From Turneriella sp. (GTDB lineage: Bacteria > Spirochaetota > Leptospiria > Turneriellales > Turneriellaceae): a DNA stretch of 64,000 nucleotides. The position numbers and the translations under genes are program-made. Below the pieces are notes generated by a model. It was not told where the DNA came from. It searched no databases and saw only the letters and a program-made list of their open reading frames with translations. The stretch is from contig CBDIID010000003.1 of the NCBI GenBank assembly GCA_965279515.1, forward strand, positions 2,944,001 to 3,008,000. Direction: 5' to 3'. This document shows, piece by piece, positions 10,092-18,989 of this stretch. Within the stretch, counting starts at the first letter, position 1, and every line of letters starts with the position of its first letter.

Positions 10092-10318
10092 TCGACGAGT
10101 CGCCAGTCGCTGATACCCACGGGTGCGGTGGGGTCATCATACTTCAACAGTAAGCCGCGGAATTTCGAAAGTTCATCGTCCATATTTTCCGTATAGGGCA
10201 CAACCTTAAGCACAGGCTTGCCGCGGTCCAGAATCACCAGGGGGCGTTTCGTGGTTTGCACATTGCGCATGTGCTCCAAAGCATGCGCTTTGAACGTTGT
10301 TTTTGTAAAGCCGCTCAT
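10088..10318 (-). CDS. Phd/YefM family antitoxin
   Basis: FKAHALE..R.V......VI.DRGKPV.KVVP motif; directly upstream of the PIN gene. Confidence 0.88.
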   Translation of the reverse strand: MSGFTKTTFKAHALEHMRNVQTTKRPLVILDRGKPVLKVVPYTENMDDELSKFRGLLLKYDDPTAPVGISDWRLVE

Positions 10319-10354
10319 GACTATAAATATATGGTCATATTACCCAGATGGCAA
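10317..10354 (-). promoter_or_regulatory. Sigma70-type promoter and autoregulatory operator of the TA operon
   Basis: Minus strand TTGCCA-17 bp-TATATT. Imperfect palindrome ATGACCATA-N4-TATAGTCAT (10317-10338) covers the -10 and reaches the start codon. Confidence 0.7.
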
Positions 10355-10423
10355 GTTTTCCTTTTCTTTTTACATCCCAAAATTACTTGCCGCGCTGCCC
10401 CCGGCATTGTACCCTCTTTACAC

Positions 10424-10657
10424 ATGGATCTGGCGTGCCTGATGCGTCCGCGCAAGCTCTGCCTCTGCAAGGGCGTTTCGCGGCAAGATATCGCCGAGGC
10501 GGTCGAGGCGGGTGCTGACACTTTCCGCAAGCTGATCGAGAAGACGCATGCGACGACGGGCTGCGGCACCTGCTACCACGAGACCTATGCGGCCTTCCGT
10601 GAAGAACGTGAGAAGACGGTGGCGCAGGTAACGGGCCAAATGGGCCTGAAATTTTAA
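10424..10657 (+). CDS. BFD-like (2Fe-2S) ferredoxin
   Basis: CLC...I..A...GA.T...ATTGCGTC motif; start taken at ATG 10424. Confidence 0.85.
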   Translation: MDLACLMRPRKLCLCKGVSRQDIAEAVEAGADTFRKLIEKTHATTGCGTCYHETYAAFREEREKTVAQVTGQMGLKF

Positions 10658-10660
10658 ATA

Positions 10661-10692
10661 TTTCAGGGTGTGGTTGCACCACCCCCTGAAAC
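10661..10692 (+). terminator. Hairpin after the BFD gene (terminator or repeat remnant)
   Basis: TTTCAGGG-TGTGGT-TGC-ACCAC-CCCCTGAAA inverted repeat. Confidence 0.4.
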
Positions 10693-10754
10693 CCCCGCTT
10701 TGCTCATTGAATTTGATTTTTAGTCGATAGTAGATAAAGGGAGGATTCACCCAG

Positions 10755-12632
10755 ATGCTGCGGCAGTACTACCTTTTTGCGATCTGTATCCTACCCCTTG
10801 CCCCGCTCATCGCCAAAGAGATCCGGGAAAACCCGGTCGAAAAAAAACTCGAACGTTATCTTCCTTATAATATCGATGAGATTGAGGCCTCGGCCGCATC
10901 GACCAACTTTAACCCCCGCCTCGTCGCCGAAGAGCTCGGGCAGAAGCTCAACCAGTTTTACCTGAGCGACCCGTCTGAGAAAAAAATCGCCAACCGGCAA
11001 GACAATGACTCGAACGCCGCCTTTTACCGCAAAGAGTGGAACGTCAATCTGCAGCGCCTGTTCATGCGCGACTTGCTCGCGAAAACGCAAAAGTCCTTCA
11101 TCATTAAAGAAGCCCCCAACATTGCCCTGTTACATTACCACTACGCGCAGGCGCAGATGAAGCTCAAGAAGCCCTACCATGCGGCATTCCATTTCGGCGA
11201 GAGTTTACGCTACCGCAGCCTCAGGCTCGACGATGAGATCTATACAAATAACGACCGCATCGCCCTCGTCAAGGCCGGTGCCGCCGAAATCAGGGACGCG
11301 GAGAATTTTCGGGAAACCAAAAAGACCTTCGAAGAAAAAACCAAAGAGAAGCAGCGTATCGAAGAAGAGCTCGTGCTGCTCGACGACCGCTCGCGCTCTC
11401 CCTATACACCGCCGCCTGCGGCGGGTGGTAATGTAGCCGAAGAGCGCCGCCGCCAGCAGCAGCTGATCGCCGATCAGAAAGAGAAAAGCCGTCAGGCATT
11501 GGAGCGCGTCAAAGGTGAATACGATAAGGCCAAAGCGGGGTTCGACGCCGCGAAGCAAAAATACGCCGAGCATGAAAAGGCCTATAACCGTAAGTCGGCC
11601 GATATGCTGATCGAGATGGCGAACCTGGTGCGCCAGCTTGAAGATACCATCAAAGAGCGCTCAAAGGTGCTCAACAAAAAGGCACTCTACAAAACCAATT
11701 TCAATCAAACCTTGCAGCACGACTATAGCCAGAACCGGCAATTCACCGCCTATGCGAACGTGCTCGAAGCCGCGACCAGGCTCGACCCCGAAAACCCGAT
11801 CACGAACTTTCAGCTCGCCGAAGAATACCGCACTTCGCAGGATGTCTCGCGGGGCATAGACTCTTACGAGCGGGCGCTCGAAGCCAACGAAAAACCGCGC
11901 GCCGGCTTTGAATTGAAGGAAGAGCAGGTGCGCAAGGCGCATGCTTCGCTGGGGGCGTTGTTCTACGCCAAGAGCCGCTTTGTCGACGCCGCGTTTTTTT
12001 ATGAAAAGGCCTATACCCAAACTCCTGACGGCCGCGAGAAACAGAACCTGAGCTGGCAGCTGGGTAAACTGCATGTCGAAAAGACCGGCAACTACGAACG
12101 CGCGACGCAGCTGTTCGAAAAATACCTGCAGGGCATCTCGACCCTCAATCCCTCCGATGTCACTGACCGCACGCAGTGGATCAAGGAGCGTTTTCTTGCA
12201 AACCGTTATCTGATGCAGATGTACGACAAAAAGAACGCACCGCCCCAGGTTTTGCGGACGATGCAGGGCGCCGAAGCCGCGCATAAAGATCTCGAAGCGC
12301 TGATCTTTGATCTGAGGCAGCGCAATAATAAAACCTATCAGGAAATGCAGACGGCGAAAAAGAGCCTGTTTGACGACGTGCGCAGCCGCGAGCTCAACAC
12401 CTATCTCAAGCTCGAATCGGATTTTGAGAAACAAAAGCGCGAGCTCGCCATCATCGAAGCGGGCCGTAACAGCTTACCGCTCGCACAATTTTATGAGCAG
12501 TATGCGACCTTTTTGGAAAGCCAGCACGATATCTCGGGTGCGATCAACGTCTATGCGATGGCTGAAAAACACGGTATAGGCGCCGACCACGCGCGGCGCG
12601 AACAGGGTCGTCTAAAGAACCTTTACCCTTGA
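10755..12632 (+). CDS. Secreted TPR/coiled-coil protein
   Basis: Signal peptide, central coiled coil, several TPR-like helices; RBS GGAGG. Confidence 0.8.
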   Translation: MLRQYYLFAICILPLAPLIAKEIRENPVEKKLERYLPYNIDEIEASAASTNFNPRLVAEELGQKLNQFYLSDPSEKKIANRQDNDSNAAFYRKEWNVNLQRLFMRDLLAKTQKSFIIKEAPNIALLHYHYAQAQMKLKKPYHAAFHFGESLRYRSLRLDDEIYTNNDRIALVKAGAAEIRDAENFRETKKTFEEKTKEKQRIEEELVLLDDRSRSPYTPPPAAGGNVAEERRRQQQLIADQKEKSRQALERVKGEYDKAKAGFDAAKQKYAEHEKAYNRKSADMLIEMANLVRQLEDTIKERSKVLNKKALYKTNFNQTLQHDYSQNRQFTAYANVLEAATRLDPENPITNFQLAEEYRTSQDVSRGIDSYERALEANEKPRAGFELKEEQVRKAHASLGALFYAKSRFVDAAFFYEKAYTQTPDGREKQNLSWQLGKLHVEKTGNYERATQLFEKYLQGISTLNPSDVTDRTQWIKERFLANRYLMQMYDKKNAPPQVLRTMQGAEAAHKDLEALIFDLRQRNNKTYQEMQTAKKSLFDDVRSRELNTYLKLESDFEKQKRELAIIEAGRNSLPLAQFYEQYATFLESQHDISGAINVYAMAEKHGIGADHARREQGRLKNLYP

Positions 12633-12754
12633 GGGCGCCGAGGCGCTCTGACCCATGGCAGTGCTCAGCTTTCCCCTCTGGATATTCTTTATCGTCTTAA
12701 GCCCCGTGCTGATTCTGTTTTTTGTGCTGGGCTTTTCTTCCGCTCAAAGAATCA

Positions 12755-13702
12755 CTACTTCGGAGAAGCCTCCGGTGGTGGAGCGGCATTTGTCTTAACT
12801 TCAATTTCGCAGAACAGCATTTCGGTTTTGACTTCCTCTTTGTTGCCCGCTTTATCGATGGCATAGAACTGTACGAGGCTGGCGGCCCCGTTTGCTGAAA
12901 TGTCTGCATAGGTCAGGCGTTTGCCATACTCGGCGAATGGCACGGCATTCGCATCTTTGCCGAGAGGTACGATGCGGTAAAAGATCTTCGCCATGCCCGA
13001 TTCGGCGTCATCGACCAGGAAAACCAGGCTGCTGTCTTTGCCCAGATTCACACCGCGCTTTGAATGTACAGGATCAACGATCACAGCACGTGTAACGGGG
13101 GGATTCAGCTCGACTTTAAAAACAAAATTCTTCGAATAGACAACCTGCTTATCGGCGTTCTCGAGATTCACCTGCATCTTGTAGGTGTCGGGCTTGTCGA
13201 AAACAAGCGGCTCGCGGTATTCGAGAAATTCGCCTTCGCCGATCTTATATTTGGTCACGAGGTTGGGCTGCGTCGGCAGTTCGATGCGGCTGCCTAACAG
13301 GTATTCAGTCTGGCCTTGTTGTACGACGGGTATCGTCGGCTCGCGGTAGGCTTTTTTCAGGTAATCGGCCACCGCAAAGGTTTTGCTGTAGGCGCCCGCG
13401 ACGCCGGTTTTATGGATCGAGCGCACACGGAAGAATTTGATTTCGGGTGCGAGGTTTTCGCGGAAAGATTTTTCTTTCGTACGTACCGTCTTGACGCGCG
13501 CTCCTGAGATTTTTGCCGCGTCGGTCGCGGTCGAAAGATCGATGTCAGAAAATTCGATTTCCGTGAGTGCTGCGTCGGCGGGGGGATTGATAGCGAGGGA
13601 AAAGATCTTGCCCTGAATGGCGGGCGGCTTGGGTGCTCCGGGGGCATCGGCGGCCGAAAGGGATGTGGCCGCGATTAAAACAGAACAAAGGTAAATCCGC
13701 AT
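12755..13702 (-). CDS. Secreted protein with Ig-like (OmpL47-type) domain
   Basis: Signal peptide from ATG 13702; PPVT...D.ESG...I.Y and YAIDKAGNKE motifs. Confidence 0.65.
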   Translation of the reverse strand: MRIYLCSVLIAATSLSAADAPGAPKPPAIQGKIFSLAINPPADAALTEIEFSDIDLSTATDAAKISGARVKTVRTKEKSFRENLAPEIKFFRVRSIHKTGVAGAYSKTFAVADYLKKAYREPTIPVVQQGQTEYLLGSRIELPTQPNLVTKYKIGEGEFLEYREPLVFDKPDTYKMQVNLENADKQVVYSKNFVFKVELNPPVTRAVIVDPVHSKRGVNLGKDSSLVFLVDDAESGMAKIFYRIVPLGKDANAVPFAEYGKRLTYADISANGAASLVQFYAIDKAGNKEEVKTEMLFCEIEVKTNAAPPPEASPK

Positions 13703-13760
13703 CGCCGTGCTTTGCGGGCTAAAGCACGGCAAGTCAATCAAAAATCACAACGCCGCTGCC

Positions 13761-14363
13761 CTAACCGAGCACTTTCAGCGCCATAAATTCAATGTCGTCG
13801 AGGGCGGCTTCGTCGCCCGTGAGCTGCCAGATGTGGATGGCCCCCTCGTAAGCGCTGAAAATACGCCGGGCCGCCAGTTGCGCCGTTTTTTCCGCCGCGA
13901 ACAATCCCCCCGGGTTTACCTTTTGAATATAAGCGGAAATTGTATCGATGGTGCGGTCAGCAAGATTTTTGACAGCGGCCTTCAAGGGCGGCGACGAATC
14001 GGCCGTCTGCGCGCGCAGGTTCGACATCGGGCAGCCATAAAACTTCTTCAGCTTCAGCTGGCGTTTTAGAATACGCACCCACGAGCGGATAAAATCTTCG
14101 GGCGAATCGGCGCGCGCCATGAGTGTTTCAATGAGCCGCAGATGGTCGGTGCCATAGCGGGCGAGGTATTCTTTTCCGAGAAGCTCCTTTGAAGGAAAGT
14201 GGTCGTAGAAGCTGGCCTTCGCGGTTTTGGATTCGGCGATGATCTGGTTGATGCCGGTTGCAGCATACCCCTGCGATTCGAAGAGGCGTGTTGCCGTGGC
14301 GACAATACGCTCCGCAGGGGCGTGGCTGCCTGGGGATGGTTTGCTTGCGGAAGTTTTTTTCAT
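13761..14363 (-). CDS. TetR family transcriptional regulator
   Basis: HTH A..LF..QGY.ATGI.QI...KASFY.HF.SKE; C-terminal GCP motif. Confidence 0.92.
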   Translation of the reverse strand: MKKTSASKPSPGSHAPAERIVATATRLFESQGYAATGINQIIAESKTAKASFYDHFPSKELLGKEYLARYGTDHLRLIETLMARADSPEDFIRSWVRILKRQLKLKKFYGCPMSNLRAQTADSSPPLKAAVKNLADRTIDTISAYIQKVNPGGLFAAEKTAQLAARRIFSAYEGAIHIWQLTGDEAALDDIEFMALKVLG

Positions 14364-14387
14364 TGACGGGGTAAATCCTGCTGATAA

Positions 14388-14405
14388 ACAGACAGACTTG
14401 TCTGT
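14388..14405. promoter_or_regulatory. Palindromic TetR operator between tetR and the nitroreductase gene
   Basis: Perfect ACAGACA-GACT-TGTCTGT; adjacent minus-strand TTGACA at 14410-14415. Confidence 0.75.
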
Positions 14406-14432
14406 ACGCTGTCAAGCAGATAACGGAGGAAC

Positions 14433-15143
14433 ATGGAAACAGTAGCTGAACCATCAGAGATGGTGGATATTTCCGGGGTCGCCGCCACGGTGAGCGAGGC
14501 GATGAAGACGCGGCATAGCATTCGCCGCTTTGACTCGAAGCCCGTCGAACAGGAAAAACTCGATGCGCTCTTTACGACGAGTTTGCGCGCACCGAGCTGG
14601 AAGAATTCGCAGCCCTGGAACGTGCACATCGTCACCGGCGCGAAATTGGCGGCGATGCGTGATAAGCTCACCGCGGCTGCCTTGAGCGGCCCCCCGGCCC
14701 CCGATATCGCCTGGACTGTGAGTTACCCGGCCGACGCGAAACGCCGCATGTTCGATCTTGGCATGAAGATCTATGGCGTCGCTGGTATCGACCGCAAAGA
14801 CAAGGCCGCGCGCGACCAGTTCATGGTTGACAACTTCAAATTTTTCGATGCGCCCGTCGCGGTCTTTATCACCAGCAACTTTGAACCGAACTATTATGTC
14901 GGTATCGATATCGGCTGTTACCTGCAATCGGTGATGCTGCTGGCGCGCGAACACGGTCTCGGTACCTGCCCGCAGGCAGCGCTGTCGGCTTTCCCCGAAG
15001 TGGTGCGCGCCGAATTGGGATTACCCGCAGAGCAAAAAGTTTTGGTCGGTTTAAGTCTAGGTTATCCCAAAGCCGATCCCGAGCTCAACCGTTTCCACAC
15101 GCCGCGCGAGACGACGGAAGAAAAAATCCATTTCTATTCCTGA
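14433..15143 (+). CDS. Nitroreductase family protein
   Basis: RHSIRRF, APSWKNSQPW, FFDAP, GLGTCPQ, SLGYP motifs; RBS GGAGG. Confidence 0.93.
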   Translation: METVAEPSEMVDISGVAATVSEAMKTRHSIRRFDSKPVEQEKLDALFTTSLRAPSWKNSQPWNVHIVTGAKLAAMRDKLTAAALSGPPAPDIAWTVSYPADAKRRMFDLGMKIYGVAGIDRKDKAARDQFMVDNFKFFDAPVAVFITSNFEPNYYVGIDIGCYLQSVMLLAREHGLGTCPQAALSAFPEVVRAELGLPAEQKVLVGLSLGYPKADPELNRFHTPRETTEEKIHFYS

Positions 15144-16354
15144 AGCCGCGCGGCTTTGAGAACCAGGTAATCGCGCTCGGGTAGGCTCGTCGTCTTCGCG
15201 GCGGCAATTTGATAGTCGCTGAAAGCCCGGGCGCGGTCACCGAGCATCGTATAGAGATGCGCGCGCACAGCGTGCAGCCGGTAATGCTCTGCTATGCGTG
15301 CATCGTTTTCCAGAAGCTTTAGGGCATCGAGGCCCGACTGCGGTCCTTGCACCATTGCAAGTGCCACGGCGCGGTTTAGGCGAACCATCGGATTTTCCGT
15401 CATGCGAAGAAGCAGGTCGTAGAGGGTGAGAATCTGCGGCCAGTCTGTCGCCTGCGTTGTTTCTGCCTCGTCATGCACCGCCGCAATTGCCGCCTGCAGT
15501 TGGTATGGCCCGACGCAGCCCTGCGGCAAGGCCCGCGTGAGCAGGACAATGCCTTCGGTAATGCACGCCCGGTTCCAGAGTGAACGATCCTGCTCGTCGA
15601 GCGGAATCAGGCTTCCGTCAGCGCCGGTGCGCGCCTCACGCCGCGCGTCGGTGAGCAGCAGCAGGGCGAGAAGTCCCAGCACTTCGGGATTTTCAGGCAG
15701 CGAATGCAGCAGCAAACGTGTCAGGCGGATGGCTTCCCGTGCCAGATCGGCGCGCTGTAATTTCTTACCTGCACTGGCATAACCTTCGTTGAAAATCAGA
15801 TACAGAATCTGCAGAACCGCCTTGAGCCGTTTTTCCTGTTCTGTATCTGCCGCAAGCCCGAGGGGAATTCCGGATAATTGGATGGTTTGTTTTGCCCGGC
15901 TGATCCGCTGCGCCATCGTCGTTTCGGGAACCAGAAATGCGCGCGCGATTTCGGCCGTCGTGAGACCGCCCACGGCGCGCAGCGTCAGCGCAATCGCCGA
16001 GGCATCACTCAGGGAAGCGTGACAGCAGAGAAAGAGCAGGTAAAGTGTGTCATCCTGTGCTGTCAGATCATGAGCGGCCCCATTCCGCTGCGCAGTCTCT
16101 ACCCATTCGAGTTCGCGCCTCCGCCGTGCGCTGTCGCTGCGGATCGTATCGATCATACGTCGCGCTGCGACGTGTATGAGCCAGCCGCGCGGGTTTGCGG
16201 GCAAGCCGCTTTCAGGCCATTCTTCGCCCGCGGCGATGAGGGCATCCTGTACGGCATCCTCAGCCGCCGCGAAATCACCGAAGCGACGGAAGATGATGCC
16301 CAATACCTGCGGCGCCAGTTCGGCGAGAAGTTGTGCCTGTGCCCCGCCGCGCAT
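15134..16354 (-). CDS. ECF42-type RNA polymerase sigma factor with C-terminal DUF6596/TPR extension
   Basis: AEDAVQDA, L.LLFLCCH, GGLTT.EIARAFLV.E.TMAQRI.RAK, YLIFNEGY, GPYQLQAAIAAVH. Start taken at ATG 16354. Confidence 0.9.
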   Translation of the reverse strand: MRGGAQAQLLAELAPQVLGIIFRRFGDFAAAEDAVQDALIAAGEEWPESGLPANPRGWLIHVAARRMIDTIRSDSARRRRELEWVETAQRNGAAHDLTAQDDTLYLLFLCCHASLSDASAIALTLRAVGGLTTAEIARAFLVPETTMAQRISRAKQTIQLSGIPLGLAADTEQEKRLKAVLQILYLIFNEGYASAGKKLQRADLAREAIRLTRLLLHSLPENPEVLGLLALLLLTDARREARTGADGSLIPLDEQDRSLWNRACITEGIVLLTRALPQGCVGPYQLQAAIAAVHDEAETTQATDWPQILTLYDLLLRMTENPMVRLNRAVALAMVQGPQSGLDALKLLENDARIAEHYRLHAVRAHLYTMLGDRARAFSDYQIAAAKTTSLPERDYLVLKAARLQE

Positions 16355-16356
16355 CG

Positions 16357-17295
16357 TTACCGGGAAAGGAAGTCGCTGATACGCTGCTCGTATTCCTGCG
16401 GGTTTGCATCCCAGATGGCACCGTGGCCGCCATATTCGGGCAACCAAACGCTCTTCTCGCCCCGGTACAAAGCCGCGAGATCCACAGAGTGCTGCCATGG
16501 CACAACCTGATCGGCTTTGCTATGGATCAGGAGCACGGGCGCGGCAGTGGTTTGGGCAAGGACTTCGGCTGCGCTCGGCAACCCGCTAAATTTTCCCCGC
16601 CATAGGGTCAGACCTATGAGCCGCGCCGTGAACCACTCTGGTATACCTTTTGGGGCTGCCGGTGTTTCGCGTATGAGGCGTGCGAAGTTATAGGGTGGAT
16701 TTTCCGCAATGACTGCTGCAATACCTTTCATCGCATGCATAGCGATCAGCACGGCTGCTGCACCGACAGAAGAACCCATGGCATAGATCTTGTCATATTT
16801 TTTTCTCAGAAATGCATGCGCGGCTAGCACGTCGTCCGATTCACGTTCGCCATAGGTTAAGCCTGGGTTTGGGCACGGCGCTTCGCCGTGGCAGGAAAAA
16901 TCAAAGGTGAGCACGTCGAGTTTTTGCCGTAGATAAAACCGGATAAACCGCGTCATTTCGCGCCGGTCTGATCCCCCGCCATGCACGAGCAGAATCGCCC
17001 CGCGTGCCGGGCCGAATGCATTGTCCTGCGAACGCACCAGCCAGCCCGGTAACGGTTGCCGGCCGAAAACATCTATGGTTACTTCTTCAAAGTGGAGATC
17101 CCCCGACTGCCTCAGGTTGCCGCAGTTTTTGCCCCAGTAGCGCTCCGCCTCTGCGGGGCAGAGGCGAAGGTCTTTCGAAATACCGCGCCAGACCGGAAAG
17201 AGCAGCTGCCCGCTCGCAGTCCAGAGCATGACGCCACCCAACGTGAAGACTAAAACGACGAAGGCTGCCAGCGACCATACCAGTTTGCGCTTCAT
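16357..17295 (-). CDS. Alpha/beta hydrolase with N-terminal membrane anchor
   Basis: LVHG, GSSVG nucleophile elbow, IHS..D.VVP, GGHG. Confidence 0.88.
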   Translation of the reverse strand: MKRKLVWSLAAFVVLVFTLGGVMLWTASGQLLFPVWRGISKDLRLCPAEAERYWGKNCGNLRQSGDLHFEEVTIDVFGRQPLPGWLVRSQDNAFGPARGAILLVHGGGSDRREMTRFIRFYLRQKLDVLTFDFSCHGEAPCPNPGLTYGERESDDVLAAHAFLRKKYDKIYAMGSSVGAAAVLIAMHAMKGIAAVIAENPPYNFARLIRETPAAPKGIPEWFTARLIGLTLWRGKFSGLPSAAEVLAQTTAAPVLLIHSKADQVVPWQHSVDLAALYRGEKSVWLPEYGGHGAIWDANPQEYEQRISDFLSR

Positions 17296-17699
17296 GCGTT
17301 CGGCTCCGGGGCAGAATATTTCAGCACGGGCCTGATTTCGATGGGGATGTTCGCCGGTGCGCCGCCGCGGCCAGGCAGCGCCGAAATCAGTGCGGCAATT
17401 TCCGCGGCGCGCTCCGGTGTCTCGACGTCGACAATCCAGAACCCAGCAAGAAACTCTTTCGACTCGGGAAAAGGGCCGTCGGTCACCACGGGCCTGCCCT
17501 GCGAGTCGGCGCGGATAGACTTTATCGTTTCAGGGCCGCCCAGCCCTTCGGTCTGGACCATTTCGCCGTTCTTCATGAGCTCATTGTTGAGGGCGATCAG
17601 ATAGTCGCGGTTCTTTTGGATATCCTCACTTTTCCAGGTGGTGATATTGCCCTCTTTCCAGCCCTTAACCCCGAACTGCATCATCAGTATGTACTTCAT
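17292..17699 (-). CDS. YciI/DGPF family protein
   Basis: TDGPFPESKEFLAGFWIVD, IEIRP motifs; RBS AGGAG. Confidence 0.92.
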   Translation of the reverse strand: MKYILMMQFGVKGWKEGNITTWKSEDIQKNRDYLIALNNELMKNGEMVQTEGLGGPETIKSIRADSQGRPVVTDGPFPESKEFLAGFWIVDVETPERAAEIAALISALPGRGGAPANIPIEIRPVLKYSAPEPNA

Positions 17700-17741
17700 A
17701 ATTCTCCTTAAGCCGGCACCGGTTTGGCGCGGCTACTGACA

Positions 17742-17768
17742 GTCGGAGCAGGCAGCAGATTCTCGACA
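17742..17768 (-). promoter_or_regulatory. ECF42-type promoter
   Basis: Minus strand TGTCGA-17 bp-CGAC upstream of the DGPF gene, matching the ECF42 promoter pattern as recalled. Confidence 0.65.
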
Positions 17769-17816
17769 CGGCCAAAGATTTTTTTTCGGAATCGGATGTC
17801 TCAAGGAAAATCGCCG

Positions 17817-18176
17817 TCAGTAACTCTTACCGTCAAAAGCTTCCATGCGAATATTTTCGAGACTCACATTGTCGACGCAACGCACATTAACCGCGGCCAT
17901 GGGCGAGCCGTCGGGCATCTGCCCGTAGGCGAAGGGCAGAATGCCGCAGGTCTTGCAGAACTGGTGCGCAATCACATGTTTGTTGAATTTGTACTCCGTA
18001 AGATTGTCTGCGCCGCGCAGCAGCTCGAACTTACCACGCGGGATAAATTCGAGGGCTGAACCGCGCTTGAGGCACATCGAACAATTGCACGTAGTGGCGC
18101 TCCCGAGGCTGAGCTCCGCAGAAAAACGTACGGCGCCGCAATGGCAGCCGCCTTCGTGGCGCGTCGTCACACCCAT
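17817..18176 (-). CDS. GFA/CENP-V family protein
   Basis: GGCHCGAVRF, CNCSMC, FCKTCG, AVNVRC motifs. Confidence 0.92.
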   Translation of the reverse strand: MGVTTRHEGGCHCGAVRFSAELSLGSATTCNCSMCLKRGSALEFIPRGKFELLRGADNLTEYKFNKHVIAHQFCKTCGILPFAYGQMPDGSPMAAVNVRCVDNVSLENIRMEAFDGKSY

Positions 18177-18223
18177 CCGCCGTGCGCCGCAACAACAACG
18201 GCTTTAAGATGAATTGGTAACAT
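18167..18223 (-). pseudogene. 18-codon ORF, probable internally deleted DUF1761-like gene relic
   Basis: RBS AAGGAG then MLPIHLKAVVVAAHGGWV*; its stop overlaps the GFA gene start region. Confidence 0.4.
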
Positions 18224-18254
18224 TAGATTCTCCTTGATGAATTTATGGACACTT

Positions 18255-18274
18255 AACATACTAATAAGTATGTT
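18255..18274. promoter_or_regulatory. Palindromic TetR operator
   Basis: Perfect AACATACT-AATA-AGTATGTT between the divergent GFA and tetR genes. Confidence 0.75.
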
Positions 18275-18341
18275 GTAAACAACTTCAAATGAATCGCTTT
18301 TCGGATTGTAGTACTGAACGCGAGAGGGCATAGGACTCCAG

Positions 18342-18989
18342 GTGAAAGCTTCGACTAAAATCACGGGAAAATCCGCCGCTGCACGCAAACCCAAAGAACG
18401 CAACCTCGAAGCCACCCGGCAGCGGATTCTCGGGGTTGCTTTTGAAACCTTCTTTAAACAGGGTTTTCAGGGAACCAGCATGGACGACCTCGTGCGCAAA
18501 ACCTCGCTGACGAAAGGGGCGTTCTACCACCAGTTTGCCACCAAGTATGAGCTCGGCTATGCGGTTGTGGATGAAATTTTAACCGAGCTGATTCTTAACC
18601 GCTGGATTCGGCCGCTGGCGGGTTTTGCAGATCCGGTCGAAGGTATACTCAAACTCATGCAGCAAAACATCGGCGATACGCCGCCCGAGCTTTTGCGCTA
18701 CGGTTGCCCGCTCAATAATATGGTACAGGAGATGGCGCCGGTCGATAAGGGGTTTAACCGCCGGCTGCAAGCGGCGCTCGATTTATGGGTGAGCGGCCTG
18801 GACGAACACCTGAAACGCGGTCAGCAAAGCGGATTGATCCGCCGCAACGTTAATACGCTCGAGGCTGCATATTTTATCGTCATGGCTCACGAAGGTTTTT
18901 ACGGATTCATCAAGGGGCTGAATAATCCCAACGCGTTCGCAGTTCTCATCGCCTCGTTGCAAAATTATTTTAAATCGCTCAGGCCTTAG
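18342..18989 (+). CDS. TetR family transcriptional regulator
   Basis: F..QGF.GTSMDDL....LTKGAFYHQF HTH; GCPLNN C-terminal motif. Confidence 0.92.
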   Translation: MKASTKITGKSAAARKPKERNLEATRQRILGVAFETFFKQGFQGTSMDDLVRKTSLTKGAFYHQFATKYELGYAVVDEILTELILNRWIRPLAGFADPVEGILKLMQQNIGDTPPELLRYGCPLNNMVQEMAPVDKGFNRRLQAALDLWVSGLDEHLKRGQQSGLIRRNVNTLEAAYFIVMAHEGFYGFIKGLNNPNAFAVLIASLQNYFKSLRP

